The notes: generated by a model from the letters alone, not told the origin. A DNA stretch of 64,000 nt from Octopus sinensis (GCF_006345805.1 NC_043024.1:2294001-2358000), one strand, 5' to 3'. Shown: positions 48,050 to 59,803, counted from the stretch's first letter. Translations and numbers: made by a program.

Positions 48050-48770
48050 TCGAACAGGCAGAATCGTTATGATGCTGGCCTAAATGCTTAGCAGCTTTTC
48101 ATCCATCTTAATGTTCTGAGTTCAAATTCAGCCGAGGTCAACTTTGCCTTTCATCTCCATTCAAGGTCAATAAATTAAGTACCAGTTGAGTACTGGAGTT
48201 GATGTAATTGACTTACCCTCCTACCACGAAATTGCTGGCCTTGTGCCAAAATGTGAAATCATCATTATGGTAGGGTCAGCTCAAGTCTTGGTTAGATGTT
48301 AGATATACTGGTTTCTGATTTTGGCACAAGGCCAGCAAGTTTGGGAGAGAGGCTAAGGTGATTATATTGACCCCACCTAAGGCAGTGAGCTGGCAGACAT
48401 GTTAGCACACCGGGCGAAATGCTTAGCGGTATTTCGTCTGCTGTTACATTCTGAGTTCAAATTCCGCTGAGGTCAACTTTGCCTTTCATCCTTTCGGGGT
48501 CGATAAATTAAGTACCAGTTCCGCACTGGGGTCGATATAATCGATTTAATCCCTTTGTTTGTCCCCTCTGTGTTTAGCCCCTTGTGGGCAATAAAGAAAT
48601 ATATATTGACCCCACCACCAGTGCTCAACTGGTACTTATTTTATCAACCTAGAAAGGGGATGAAGGGCAAAGTCAACCCCAATGGAATTTGAACTCAGAA
48701 TTTGAGGACGGACAAAATTCTACTAAGCATCTCGCTTGGCATGCTAACGATCCTGTGAGCTTGCCACCTG
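48050..48770. mobile_element. Cluster of family B SINE copies/fragments (both strands)
   Basis: Repeated GTTCTGAGTTCAAATTC..GTCAACTTTGCCTTTCATC blocks. Confidence 0.75.
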
Positions 48771-49179
48771 AAAGGTGTGAGATATATTAAATAACAGAAG
48801 AATAATTTAAGAGTGAACCAATTTTATTGAAGAATCAAGGTTCTGGGACTTAGAGAAGGGGTGACAGAAGGTTTAGAAAATAAGGCAATTCTTTGTTTGG
48901 CCAACATGTCTGTTCCATACCAGAATGCAAAATTAGATATTAAAACACTGATGTTGATGATGATGATGACAAACAACAAATTACATGCTTTACAATATAT
49001 TAATTCTAAGTGGTTGGCGTTAGGAAGGGCATCCAGCTGTAGAAAATCTGCCTCAAGCATCAAAAGGTGGATTTTAAAATGATGATGATGATGACGAAGA
49101 TCGCAGTAGCAAATCGTGTTGCAAATGTAATAAAGCTGTGGTTATATTTCCAATGATAAATTTATCATTATATAAGATT

Positions 49180-49375
49180 TTATGTGCCGGTAGCACGTAA
49201 AAGCACCCACTAGACTCTCGGAGTGGTTATCGTTAGGAAGGGCATCCAGCTGTAGAAACTCTGCCAGATCAAAATTGGAGTCTGGTGCAGCAATCTGGTT
49301 CTGCAAACCTCAGTCAAATCGTCCAACCCATGCTAGCATGGAAAACAGACCTTAAATGATGATGATGATGATGAA
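49180..49375 (+). mobile_element. Family D retroposon
   Basis: Conserved 3' block plus ATG tail. Confidence 0.8.
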
Positions 49376-49521
49376 GACTTTTTGCCATAGAGAAACTCTG
49401 ACACTGATATGGTTACTCATCCATGTATTTAATAGGAATTTTGTTTTTTTATTTTTATGAGAGATTGATTTTACAAAAATGTTTATGTGGCATTGCTCCT
49501 AAAACAATACATGTGTGTATA

Positions 49522-49754
49522 TATTTCTTTACTGCCCACAAGGGGCTAAACATAGAGGGGGACAAACAAGAACAGACAAAGGGATTAAGTCGATTACATC
49601 GACCCCAGTGCAAGACTGTTACTTTTTTTATCAACCCCGAAAAGATGAAAGGCAAAGTCGACCTCAGCGGAATTTGAAGTCAGAACGTAATGACAGACGA
49701 AATACCGCTAAGCATTTTGCCCGGCGCACTAACGTTTCTGCCAGCTCGCCGCCT
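49522..49754 (-). mobile_element. Family B SINE whose 14-bp TSD lies 6 bp past the ZNF-5 stop
   Basis: TSD TACATGTGTGTATA at 49508-49521 and 49755-49768. Confidence 0.88.
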
Positions 49755-49774
49755 TACATGTGTGTATAGTTAAG

Positions 49775-51214
49775 CTATCGGCCTGTATGAATGTGTTTGT
49801 GAGTTGTCAAGTTACTTCCTGAAGTGAAGGATTTACCACAGATATCACACTGATAAGGTTTCTCCCCTGTATGAATTCGTTTGTGTTTGGTCAAGGTACT
49901 TCCTTCAGAGAATGATTTACCACAGATATCACAGGGATATGGTTTCTCTCCTGTATGAATACGTTTGTGTTTAGTTAAGTGGCTCCTTAACGAAAACGTC
50001 TTTCCACAGGCATCACAGTAATATGGTTTATCTCCTGTATGAACGTGTTTGTGAATTCTTAAGTGACTCGTTTGAGAGAATGATTTACCACAAATATCAC
50101 AACCGTATGGTTTCTCTCCCGTATGAATGCGTTTGTGTGTTGTTAAGACACCGCTTCCAGAGAAAGATTTCCCACAAATATTACAGCGATAAGGCTTTTC
50201 TCCTGTATGAAAGCGCTTGTGTTTAGTTAAGTCACCACTTCCAGAGAACGATTTACCACACACATCACAACGATACGGCCTCTCTCCTGTATGAAACCGC
50301 CTGTGTTTAGTCAAATTAGATTTCTGTGAGAATGGCTTACCACAGATATCGCACTGGTATGGCTTCTCTCCTGTATGAAAACGTTTATGAGTAGTCAAAT
50401 GACTTGTCACAGAGAAGGATTTACCACAGATGTCACAGTTGTGTGGTTTCTCACCTGTATGAATATGCTTATGGCTCGTTAAGTTACCACTCTGAGAAAA
50501 AGATTTACCGCAGATATCACAGTGATATGGTTTCTCTTCCGTATGAATGTATCTGTGAACGGTTAGGTGGCTTTTTACAGAGAAAGATTTTCCACATATA
50601 TCACAGCAATACGGTTTCTCTCCCGTATGAACCCGTTTGTGAGTGGTTAAGTTACTTCTCGAAGAAAATGATTTTTTACAGATATCACAATGATATGGCT
50701 GCTCTTTTGTGTGAAAGCGTCTATGTTTAGTCAAGGTGGATTTTTGCGAGAATGAATTACCACAGATGTGACACTGATATGGTTTTTCTCCTGTATGAAT
50801 GCGTTTGTGTGTAGTCAAGGCACTTCTTTCGGAGAATGATTTACCACAGATATCACAGTCATATGGTTTCTCTCCCGTATGAATACGTTTGTGTTTAGTC
50901 AAGCTATGATTTCGAGATAATGATTTACCACAGATATCACAATGATACGGTTTTTCTCCTGTGTGAATACGCTTGTGAGTCGTCAAGTCACCATTCTGCG
51001 AGAATGATTTACCACAGACGTTACAATGATATTCTTTCTCTCCAGTGTGAGTACGTTTGTGAGTAGTTAAGTGACTTCTTTGAGAGAAGGATTTGCCACA
51101 GATATCACAGGGATATGGTTTTTCTCCAGTATGAACACGTTTGTGAGTGGTTAGATTAGATTTCTGAGAGAACGAGGTTTTACAGATATCACAGTGGTAC
51201 ATGACTTTCCCCAT
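49775..51214 (-). CDS. C2H2 zinc-finger protein ZNF-5 (17 fingers, subfamily I)
   Basis: MGKVM + 17 canonical fingers, ends HTGR*. Confidence 0.93.
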   Translation of the reverse strand: MGKVMYHCDICKTSFSQKSNLTTHKRVHTGEKPYPCDICGKSFSQRSHLTTHKRTHTGEKEYHCNVCGKSFSQNGDLTTHKRIHTGEKPYHCDICGKSLSRNHSLTKHKRIHTGEKPYDCDICGKSFSERSALTTHKRIHTGEKPYQCHICGNSFSQKSTLTKHRRFHTKEQPYHCDICKKSFSSRSNLTTHKRVHTGEKPYCCDICGKSFSVKSHLTVHRYIHTEEKPYHCDICGKSFSQSGNLTSHKHIHTGEKPHNCDICGKSFSVTSHLTTHKRFHTGEKPYQCDICGKPFSQKSNLTKHRRFHTGERPYRCDVCGKSFSGSGDLTKHKRFHTGEKPYRCNICGKSFSGSGVLTTHKRIHTGEKPYGCDICGKSFSQTSHLRIHKHVHTGDKPYYCDACGKTFSLRSHLTKHKRIHTGEKPYPCDICGKSFSEGSTLTKHKRIHTGEKPYQCDICGKSFTSGSNLTTHKHIHTGR

Positions 51215-51577
51215 CTCTTTCAGGATCTCATCAAAAAGACCAATCTTTTAAAGATTTGTTCTACACTTAAAACTTCTTCTCACTGTCATTTGGGAGAGCT
51301 TTTCTTCTCTCAAAACAAGATATGAATGTCGTTTTTTCTTTAATTTTTATATTTTATTCTCAAATATTTCTACTGCTACGACTCCATCAATTATGACAGT
51401 TGTCAGCAGCAAAAGATGACGCAAAAATCCTTTGTAAATTCGGCCAAGTTAAATCAGAATGCAAAAATTTTCTCGTACACACTTCTGAATGTGAAACACA
51501 AATCCTGCTAAAAATCTCCGTCCAGAGGAAATATTCCGCAATGGTTCTACTACAGGTCTACACAGACCTTCTCTTAC

Positions 51578-51640
51578 TCTTTAAAAGATGATTCTGAAGA
51601 CGCATCTGAAGATTCTTTAACGGCAACGTTGTCTGTTATT
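51578..51640 (-). other. Predicted 63-nt 5'-UTR exon of ZNF-5
   Basis: TCTGATTTCAG acceptor, AGA|GTAAGA donor; homologous to 31003 and 43382 exons. Confidence 0.65.
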
Positions 51641-51768
51641 CTGAAATCAGAGAGAAAACACTGTTAGATATTTATTACTTGACAGAGACAGACATTAACA
51701 AAGTGGTAATATTTATCTCCCCTTAAACGTTGATGTTCTTTTAGAACAAACTCATATTTATTTCTTTA

Positions 51769-52160
51769 CTAGCAGTATCGTCCGGCGTTGCTCGGGTTTG
51801 TTTCGACCCTTTAGAATTGGAATTTTTGAAAAGTAAAAATTTTGCGTTATGTAGCTTGTTATTCTCTTTAAGTGAACATTTTTCTGGTTGAAATACACCG
51901 AAAAATGGCGACACAGTAGTAAAAAAATCATAAAAAATAGGGATTTTCATAGAAAAAAAGCACCTTTTTGATATAAGTAACTTTTGGTGTTAACATGGTC
52001 CGATTTGAATTTTTTCTTCTACGGAAGGAAGAGCAAGCCTTCTTCTATCATACTCTCAATTTTGGTCAACTTGTGCCGCAGGGTCTCGGGGGAGATAGTG
52101 TTAGTTGAAGGCTACCAAACCTGCCAATCACAGACAACTTCAGCTGTATATATAGAGAGA
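51769..52160 (-). mobile_element. Non-autonomous Helitron, apparently full length
   Basis: 5' A|TCTCTCTATATATAC, 3' hairpin plus CTAG|T. Confidence 0.78.
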
Positions 52161-52163
52161 TTG

Positions 52164-52565
52164 TCCACAAGGGGCTAAACACAGAGGGGACAAACAAGGA
52201 CAAACAAACGGATTAAGTCGATTACATTGACCCCAGTGCGTAACTGGTACTTATTAAATCGACCTCGAAAGGATGAAAGGCAAAGTTGACCTCGGTGGAA
52301 TTTGAACTCAGAACGTAACAGCAGACGAAATACCTATTTCTTTACTACCCACAAGGGGCTAAACACAGAGAGGACAAACAAGGACAGACAAAAGGATTAA
52401 CTCGATTACATCGACCCCAGAGCGTAACTGGTACTTAATTTATCGATCCCGAAAGGATGAAGGGCAAAGTCGACCTCGGCGGAATTTGAACTCAGAACGT
52501 AACAGTAGACGAAATAGCACTAAGCATTTCGCCAGGCGTGCTAACCTTTCTGCCAGCTCGCCGCC
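52164..52565 (-). mobile_element. Family B SINE, two modules
   Basis: Reverse-complement head at 52565. Confidence 0.85.
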
Positions 52566-53010
52566 AAACTCATATTGGCATTTGGTGCAAAATGCAAACT
52601 TCTTGTTTATATTCCTAGAGGAAAGACAAATCTCTGCCACATCCAGCGCCGACTTCGTCAACGATGGATGCTCAACTGCTAGAGAAAGTAGTGATCTTGT
52701 AAAAAGTGTACGTAGCGAACAGCTTTAAATTAAAGACATTGTTACAATATATAATATTTACAAAGAGCTCTCTGTTGGAAAATGCTGTTCTCTACATCGT
52801 CTTCATGCAGGTACAAAAGACACAAACTACAATTAGGTTCTGCAGATTCATAAAATACGTTTCGTTTTCTCCATGTAGGTTTTTTCATGTTCCTCTTTCC
52901 AAACTTCACATATAGTTAAATTACTCTAAAGTCTAATAACGATCTGTCGCACCTGCCGTACACGAATTTCCGTGCATTGTATAAAAAAAACAGCAAAGAC
53001 TAAAGTTTAC

Positions 53011-53340
53011 CTTGAATCATTCGATGCTATGAAATATACACCCAAGTGCTTGATTGCACCTGAATTTTACTATAAGTCATTAATTAGTGATCAAATGTAT
53101 ATTATATATTACCTGCTATAGCATATATATATATATATACATCAGTGTTCAGTATGGAATATATCTGTAGTGCAATCCGGATCCGTAATTAAAATTAATA
53201 TGATTTTAATTACAGTCCGTTACTCGTATTTTCGCGTCGTCTTCGAAATCTTTAAAAGACAAAATTAATGAATGGAAAAATTGAAGAACCGGCGGAAGTC
53301 GAAGAATACGTTTTTCATTGGTCAGTTTTGGTCAGGTGAT
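53011..53340 (-). promoter_or_regulatory. Candidate promoter and first UTR exons of ZNF-5 (divergent from ZNF-6)
   Basis: CpG-richer unique DNA, GCGGAAGT ETS-like site and ATTGG (CCAAT) near 53293-53320; minus-strand donor at 53224 and 49-nt AG..GT exon 53059-53011. Confidence 0.4.
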
Positions 53341-54300
53341 GAAACATGTAGTAACGTGGAAGGAAGAGGAGGGAATTTTTAATTTTTATGAATGATCGAT
53401 TTGGACCGTTATTGACCGTATAAGCATCGTTTTTAGTTGATTCGGTTATTGAACTGCAACCGTATTGGTGTATTGCTTTGAAGTATGTAAGCCGAACAAA
53501 TTAAACATGGTTTTCTTCAAAGTCAGGATACGGTGTGCGAAATTACGCGTAAACAAACCAACACCGGTTGTCAAGTGATGGTGATGGTGGTCGGACAAAG
53601 ACGTTCAAACGCATCACACACACACACACACACACTCATTCACACACAAGCACTCTCTCTCTCTCACGCACACGCACACACACGTTATTACGTGTCCGAC
53701 CAGGCTGTCAGATGTTGTTGCACATCGCTGGTCACAATGCGCTTTTGCGTTGTTTTAACCTTCAAATGAGGCCACTCTGCAAACTGGGCGAGAAGGCCAA
53801 CATTCCCCGCTGATCGAAGGGAGACTGAAACAACGTGAAATGAAGTGTTTTTTCTCAGGAACACAACGTAGCACTCAATCAGGAATTTAAACAGCAGTAA
53901 TTGTATTCACCTCAATAGACGTCATTGATTAGTTGAAATTGCCGAAATACGAGAAATTAAACAACAAATAGCTTACAAACTACAGAATTTTCTCAATAAA
54001 GCCAAGAGAAAAAGATGTTTTATGTGACACATTCTACCAGTATACGAAGTTTAAAAGTGTTTAGTTTCAAAAAAATTATTTTTTGAATCTGCCGGTCAAA
54101 GGGAAAAGATCCTGGGCGTAACTTCGGTATAGGTATCCGAAGTACCGGATACATTTCAAGAAAGTGTTTTTTTATATATATATGGGGGGGGGGGTTAAGG
54201 TTAGGGTTAGGGGTGGGAGAAAAGGGTTTCTGGGTGCTGTTTTTAGTTTATATATTTACCTTGGGTTACATACAATACGTTTGTGAATGTATCAAATTTT

Positions 54301-54390
54301 GTTAGGGACCCTTCTTTTGTATCACCGGTGTTGTTAAGGCAAGGGAAAACTTTCAACGTCACCGCCGCCTTGGCATCTTTGTAATTAATT
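54301..54390 (+). promoter_or_regulatory. Conserved upstream element of subfamily II (ZNF-6 copy)
   Basis: GTTAGGGA..CACCGGTG..CAAGGGAAAA..CACCG..CTTGG..TAATTAAT. Confidence 0.6.
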
Positions 54391-54518
54391 AGTCCAACGA
54401 AATTAATTACATCATTTAAACAAACGAATTCCTACGATAATTAAGGCAAGAAATCGAACCATAATAGATTACACTCACAGGCATTTCTACAGATTGTAAG
54501 TATTCCTGGTTAATTAAC

Positions 54519-55601
54519 ATGGAAGGTGTTAATCAGTTGGACATTTCTAAGACAGGTGCTCTTAACGATGTAGGTTCGATCCCACAGACAGTCGATGGTA
54601 AGAAAGATTTATATAATGAAACAGTTACTGAACAGAGATCTTTACATAGAAATATTACGAAGTATAGCTGTGAGATCTGTAAGGAAGCTTTCCCTTCAGA
54701 CTATGAGTTATTTACACATAGTAACATACACAGGCCAGAGAAACCTTCCTGTGAGATATGCGGGAGATCCTTCGTGTCTGAATGTCAATTAGCGAGGCAC
54801 AAACGTAGTCACAGCGGAGGAAAACGGTGCCACTGTAAAATATGCGGCAAATCTTTCATAAGTAATTCTCACCTTGTGATCCACGTTCGTAGCCACACTG
54901 GAGAAAAGCCTTATCGCTGTGAGATATGTGGGAAGTCTTTCATCACGAAAGGTCACTTAACAACGCATAGAATTATTCATACCGGGGAGAAACCCTTTCG
55001 CTGCGACGTCTGTGGGAAGTGTTTTGTGCACAATAGTAATTTAGTTAGTCACAAACGGATTCATAGCGGAGAGAAACCACGCCATTGTGAAATATGTGGG
55101 GAATCTTTCAATCAGTATTCGAGCCTTGAGGTCCATATTCGTAGTCATACGGGAGAAAAACCTTATCGTTGTGGAACGTGTGACAAGTCTTTCGTCTCTA
55201 AAAGTAATTTAGTAAGACACCGAAAACTACATACGGGGGAAAAACCGTTTCACTGTGAAGGATGTGAGAAGTCTTTCGTCACCAATGGTGATTTAACGAA
55301 ACACAAACGAATTCATTCAGGAGTGAACCCGTTTCGCTGTGACACGTGTGGCGAATGTTTTATGGATTGCAGTAACTTAGCAACGCATAAACGAATTCAT
55401 ATGGGAGAGAAACCATTCCACTGTGAAACACGTGGGAAATCTTTCACTCTGAATTCCCATCTTGCAGTCCACAGACCTCTACATACAGGAGAAAAGCCTT
55501 ATCATTGTGATATTTGTGGGAAATCTTTTATCACGATCAGTCGCTTAAAAAGACACAAAAAAATGCAGAGAGGAGGAGAGACTTTTAAATGTGAAATGTG
55601 A
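54519..55601 (+). CDS. C2H2 zinc-finger protein ZNF-6 (11 finger repeats, last two degenerate; subfamily II)
   Basis: 48-aa leader ending NITKY; finger 10 C>R (CETRG), finger 11 final H>Q; stop at a Cys position (KCEM*). Confidence 0.9.
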   Translation: MEGVNQLDISKTGALNDVGSIPQTVDGKKDLYNETVTEQRSLHRNITKYSCEICKEAFPSDYELFTHSNIHRPEKPSCEICGRSFVSECQLARHKRSHSGGKRCHCKICGKSFISNSHLVIHVRSHTGEKPYRCEICGKSFITKGHLTTHRIIHTGEKPFRCDVCGKCFVHNSNLVSHKRIHSGEKPRHCEICGESFNQYSSLEVHIRSHTGEKPYRCGTCDKSFVSKSNLVRHRKLHTGEKPFHCEGCEKSFVTNGDLTKHKRIHSGVNPFRCDTCGECFMDCSNLATHKRIHMGEKPFHCETRGKSFTLNSHLAVHRPLHTGEKPYHCDICGKSFITISRLKRHKKMQRGGETFKCEM

Positions 55602-55663
55602 GGAATCTTATGCAAATCTAAATTTGTATTCCACCACTGCTTTCTGTCCATATAGTGGTTTCA

Positions 55664-56076
55664 GGATCTTTTCGGTTTGAACGGCAGTTTTTTCTAGAGG
55701 TGTCATATGAAATTGTCACCCGTAATTATGACCCTAGAATCGATCTATTGCATTTCAATCTGTTTTAGGTTAGGTTTATGGATGGGGGAAGGGTATCTTT
55801 TTTCTTCAGAAATGTAAATAAACCCAATCTGTTTCTTAAACGAGGGACATATTCATATGGCACAGAATGCTTTTTACCCCAATAGACGTCAGTGATTGGT
55901 TGAAATTTCAGAAATTGAAGAAAAAAACAGCAAATATCTTACAAACTATAGAATTTTCTCAATAAAGCCAAGAGAAAAAGATGTTTAATAAACACATTCT
56001 ACCAGTATACAAAGTTTAAAAGTGTTTAGTTACCTAGAAATTATGTTAAAAACTGCCGTTCAAACCGAAAAGATCC
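55664..56076. mobile_element. GGATC-terminal MITE (413 bp), 8-bp TSD, Merlin-like
   Basis: TSD TGGTTTCA at 55656-55663 and 56077-56084; related half element at ~53905-54112. Confidence 0.88.
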
Positions 56077-56384
56077 TGGTTTCAAGACCAGCTGTTTTGA
56101 GGAAAGCTGACCAGTGATTGCATTGATTGAGCCTAGAACTTGACTGGTCAGTTATTTTATTGACCTCAAAAGGATGAAAAGCAAAAATTAACTTCATCAG
56201 AATTTGAACTCAGAATGTAAAATCCCGCAAGAAATACCACAAAGCTTTTTGCCCGATGTGCTAACAAATTCTAACATGTTCTTCAGTAATAAAAATGTAA
56301 CAATAATAATTCTTACTAATTTTGGTATAAGACCAGTAGTTTTTTTGTTTTTTGGTGGTGGGGGGAGAGTAAATTGACACTTTT

Positions 56385-56750
56385 CTCTTTTACTTGTTTC
56401 AGTCATTTGACTGTGGCCATGCTGGAGCACCGCCTTTAGTCGAGCAAATCGACCCCGGGACTTATTCTTTGTAAGCCCAGTACTTATTCTATTGGTCTCT
56501 TTTTACCAAACCGCTAAGTGACGGGGACATAAACACACCAGCATCGGTTGTCAAGCAATGCTAGAGGGACACACACGCACATATATACGACAGGCTTCTT
56601 TCAGTTTCCGTCTACCAAATCCACTCACAAGGCATTGGTCGGCCCAGGGCTGTAGCAGGAGACACTTGCCCAAGATGCCACGCAGTGGGACTGAACCCGG
56701 AACCATGTGGTTGGTTAGTAAGCTACTTACCACACAGCCACTCCTGTGCC
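56385..56750 (-). mobile_element. Family A SINE
   Basis: Near-full-length reverse copy. Confidence 0.85.
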
Positions 56751-56981
56751 TGGTACTTTATTTTATTGACCCTGAAAGGATGAAAGGTAGAGTTGTCCTT
56801 AGTGGTGTTTGAACTCGGGTTGCAAAGATCTGGATCAAGTACTGAAAAGCATTTTTTCCAACACTAAAAATTCCACCCTCTGGAAGCCATGCTTACACTG
56901 TAAAGTCAGAAAGAAAAATGGCGTGATCAGGCTCAAACCTCAATCACGTGGCCACAACAGTACCAACTATAAGCATGCATA

Positions 56982-57345
56982 TAGGTGCAGGAGTGGTTGT
57001 GTGGTAAGTAGCTTGCTTACTAACTACATGGTTCTGGGTTCAGTCCCACTGTGTGGCATCTTGGGCAAGTGTCTTCTACCATAGCCTCAGGTCGATTTGG
57101 TAGACGGAAACTGAAAGAAGCCCATCGTATATATATATATGTGTGTGTGTGTGTTCGTGTGTCTGTGTTTGTCCCCCTAGCATCGCTTGACAACCGATGC
57201 TGGTGTGTTTACGTCCCCGTCACTTAGCGGTTCGGCAAAAGAGACCGATAGAATAAGTACTAGGCTTACAAAGAATAAGTCCTGGGGTCGATTTGCTCGA
57301 CTAAAGGCGGTGCTCCAGCATGGCCACAGTCAAATGACTGAAACA
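56982..57345 (+). mobile_element. Family A SINE
   Basis: Head to tail with small internal deletion. Confidence 0.85.
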
Positions 57346-57364
57346 AAAAAAAAAATCATATTAA

Positions 57365-57578
57365 CCCTTTAGCATTTAAACTGGCCTTATCTGGCTCAAA
57401 TATCCTGTTTTATGTTGAGGCTAGACAGATCTCACTTCTCACATCTACCATACAATGACAGTCAAAAGATAAAACAATCGCATAATTGAAGTTATGAGAT
57501 AATGCACAATTAACTCAAAAACAATATGAATAAAAAATAAGCATTACATTTGACCAAGTAATCTTAATGCTAAAAGGG
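57365..57578. mobile_element. piggyBac-type MITE (second family)
   Basis: TTAA|CCCTTTAGCATTTA ... TAATGCTAAAAGGG|TTAC. Confidence 0.75.
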
Positions 57579-57807
57579 TTACTCTTTTACTTGTTTCAGT
57601 CATTTGACTGCGGCCATGCTGGAGCACCGCCTTTAGTCGAGCAACTCGACCCCGGGACTTATTCTTTTGTAAGCCCAGTACTTATTCTATCGGTCTCTTT
57701 TGCCGAACCGCTAAGTGATGGCGACGTAAACACACCAGCGTCGGTTGTCAAGCAATGCTAGGGGGACAAACACAGAAACACACACGCATATATATATATT
57801 TATATAC

Positions 57808-58021
57808 GGCGGCGAGCTGGCAGAAACGTTAGCACGCCGGGCGAAATGTGTTGCCGTTTTTCGTCTGCTGTTACGTTCCGAGTTCAAATTCCGCCCAGGT
57901 CGACTTTGCCTTTCATCCTTTTGGGGTCGATAAATTAAGTACCAATTACGCACTGGGGTTGATGTAATCGACTTAATCCGTTTGTCTCCTCTGTGTTTAG
58001 CCCCTTGTGGGTAGTAAAGAA
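57808..58021 (+). mobile_element. Family B SINE nested in family A, 20-bp TSD
   Basis: ATATATATATATTTATATAC at 57788-57807 and 58022-58041. Confidence 0.88.
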
Positions 58022-58114
58022 ATATATATATATTTATATACATATATACGATGGGCTTCTGTCAGTTTCTATCTACCAAATCCACTCACAAGGCTTTGGT
58101 CGGCCCAAGGTTAT

Positions 58115-58720
58115 CTATCTGCGGTTTTATATAGCTATGGTAAGACCTCACCTGGAATTTGCTTCACCAGTCTGGAACCCCTATCTTGCCCAGGATACCA
58201 ATCGTCTGGAAGCTGTTCAGCGACGTGCAACCAAAAGAATACCCTCCATCAGGTATTTGCCATATCCTGAACGCCTTACTTCCCCGGGCATGGACACATT
58301 GAAACTCCGACGTCTGACAGCTGACTTGGCAGACACCCATAAAATTTTCAACCATCGTACAAACAATAACTCTGAGCACCTTTTCAAACTCCACCCGTTT
58401 AACACCCTTGGACATATTTACAAAGTCAGAAAACAGCACTGCTCCCATGACTTCAGGAAACATTTTTTCATGCTGAGAGTTGCTGAGGCATGGAACAAAC
58501 TGCCGTTATCAGTTGTTAGAGCATTGCATCCTTCAAAACTTCCATGCTTTCTGAGATTCGCCAACACTACACCTGATTTTCTCCCCTCCATACACGGGCA
58601 TGTATCTGACTCATACATTGTTCGCTCTCCAGACATTTTTACATTACTGCATGTACTTTATATGCACTTTCTGACAAGTTGTGGTGCACCTGAGCACTGT
58701 ATACAATGATTTCATTATTA
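58115..58720 (+). mobile_element. CR1-clade LINE 3' fragment nested in family A SINE
   Basis: MVRPHLEFASPVWNPY..LEAVQRRATK..LPYPERL..RRL..DL..KI..RKHFFMLRVAEAWNKLP; (ATT)n tail. Confidence 0.9.
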
Positions 58721-58901
58721 AGACACTTGCCCAAGGTGCCATGCAGTGGGACTGAACCCAGAACTATGTGGTTGGTAAACAAGCTACTTAGCACACAGCC
58801 ACTCATAAATATATTTTACTTTTGAAATATATATTGATAAACATGTCACACATATTAATTATATTTCTTCCACAAAATATCCCTGTAAAACATGCATCAT
58901 A

Positions 58902-59116
58902 TGGGGGGGGAGGTGCTAAAAAGTTCTTGGGTTTGGGTAAACGAAAATACAGGAGATTCAGTTAATTATGATTTTATTCACCATATTCCCCTCTCGGATT
59001 CACACACATATTAAGGGTTCTTCAGTTTTTTCATGCCCTGTAAAAGAACTTGGAAGATTGGCCCTCCAGCCAGGTCTTTTGCTATATTCTTAAAACCAGG
59101 AACTTTTCAGCACCTC

Positions 59117-59120
<4 letters not shown>
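58902..59120. mobile_element. mariner-type MITE
   Basis: GAGGTGCTAAAAAGTTC / GGAACTTTTCAGCACCTC TIRs, TA flanks; fragments at ~32700-32775 and ~43555-43640. Confidence 0.8.
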
Positions 59121-59159
<39 letters not shown>

Positions 59160-59164
<5 letters not shown>

Positions 59165-59530
59165 TGCAGGAGTGGCTGTGTGGTAAGTAGCTTGCTAAAA
59201 AACCACATGGTTCCGGGTTCAGTCCCACTGCGTGGCATCTTGGGCAAGTGTCTTCTGCTATAGCCCCGGGCCGACCAATGCCTTGTGAGTGGATTTGGTA
59301 GATGGAAACTGAAAGAAGCCTGTTGTGTATATGTATGTGTGTGTCTGTGTTTGTCCCCCTAGCATTGCTTGACAACCGATGCTGGCATGTTTGCGTCCCC
59401 GTCACTTAGCGGTTCGGCAAAAAAGACCGATAGAATAAGTACTGGGCTTACAAAGAATAAGTCCCGGGGTCGATTTGCTCGACTAAAGGCGGTGCAACAG
59501 CATGGCCGCAGTCAAATGACTGAAAAAGTA
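59160..59530 (+). mobile_element. Family A SINE
   Basis: Full length. Confidence 0.87.
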
Positions 59531-59567
59531 AAAAAAAAAAAATACATATATATATGTGTATATTTAA

Positions 59568-59803
59568 AGGGCAAACCACTAGGTGGTCGGCCATATGCTA
59601 GAAGTAGATCACCTATTCATTCGTTAATAGACGAAACCACCGGTCTGTGAGTAATTCTGGTTTTTTATTTAATTTTCATCTATCTTGTCCGCATATTGTT
59701 CTGGTGTCCACTGAATTTTCCTCTAGATAACATTTTTTTCTTTGTAGTTTGATCGTAGGTGATCTACTTCTAGCATACGGCCGACCACCTAGTGGTTTGC
59801 CTT
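59568..59803. mobile_element. Kolobok-like MITE (TTAA TSD, AG..TT termini, ~50-bp TIRs)
   Basis: TTAA|AGGGCAAACCACTAGGTGGTCGGCC.. / ..GGCCGACCACCTAGTGGTTTGCCTT|TTAA. Confidence 0.75.

Larger units (their letters stand above)
57582..58804 (-). mobile_element. Family A SINE hosting two nested insertions
   Basis: Tail 57582-57807, middle 58042-58114 and head 58721-58804 reassemble one copy. Confidence 0.85.

Noticed and set aside
54195-54215. GGTTAGGGTTAGGG as an interstitial telomere
   Set aside because: Only about two units, and the same motif is part of the GGATC MITE family body (e.g. near 23948).
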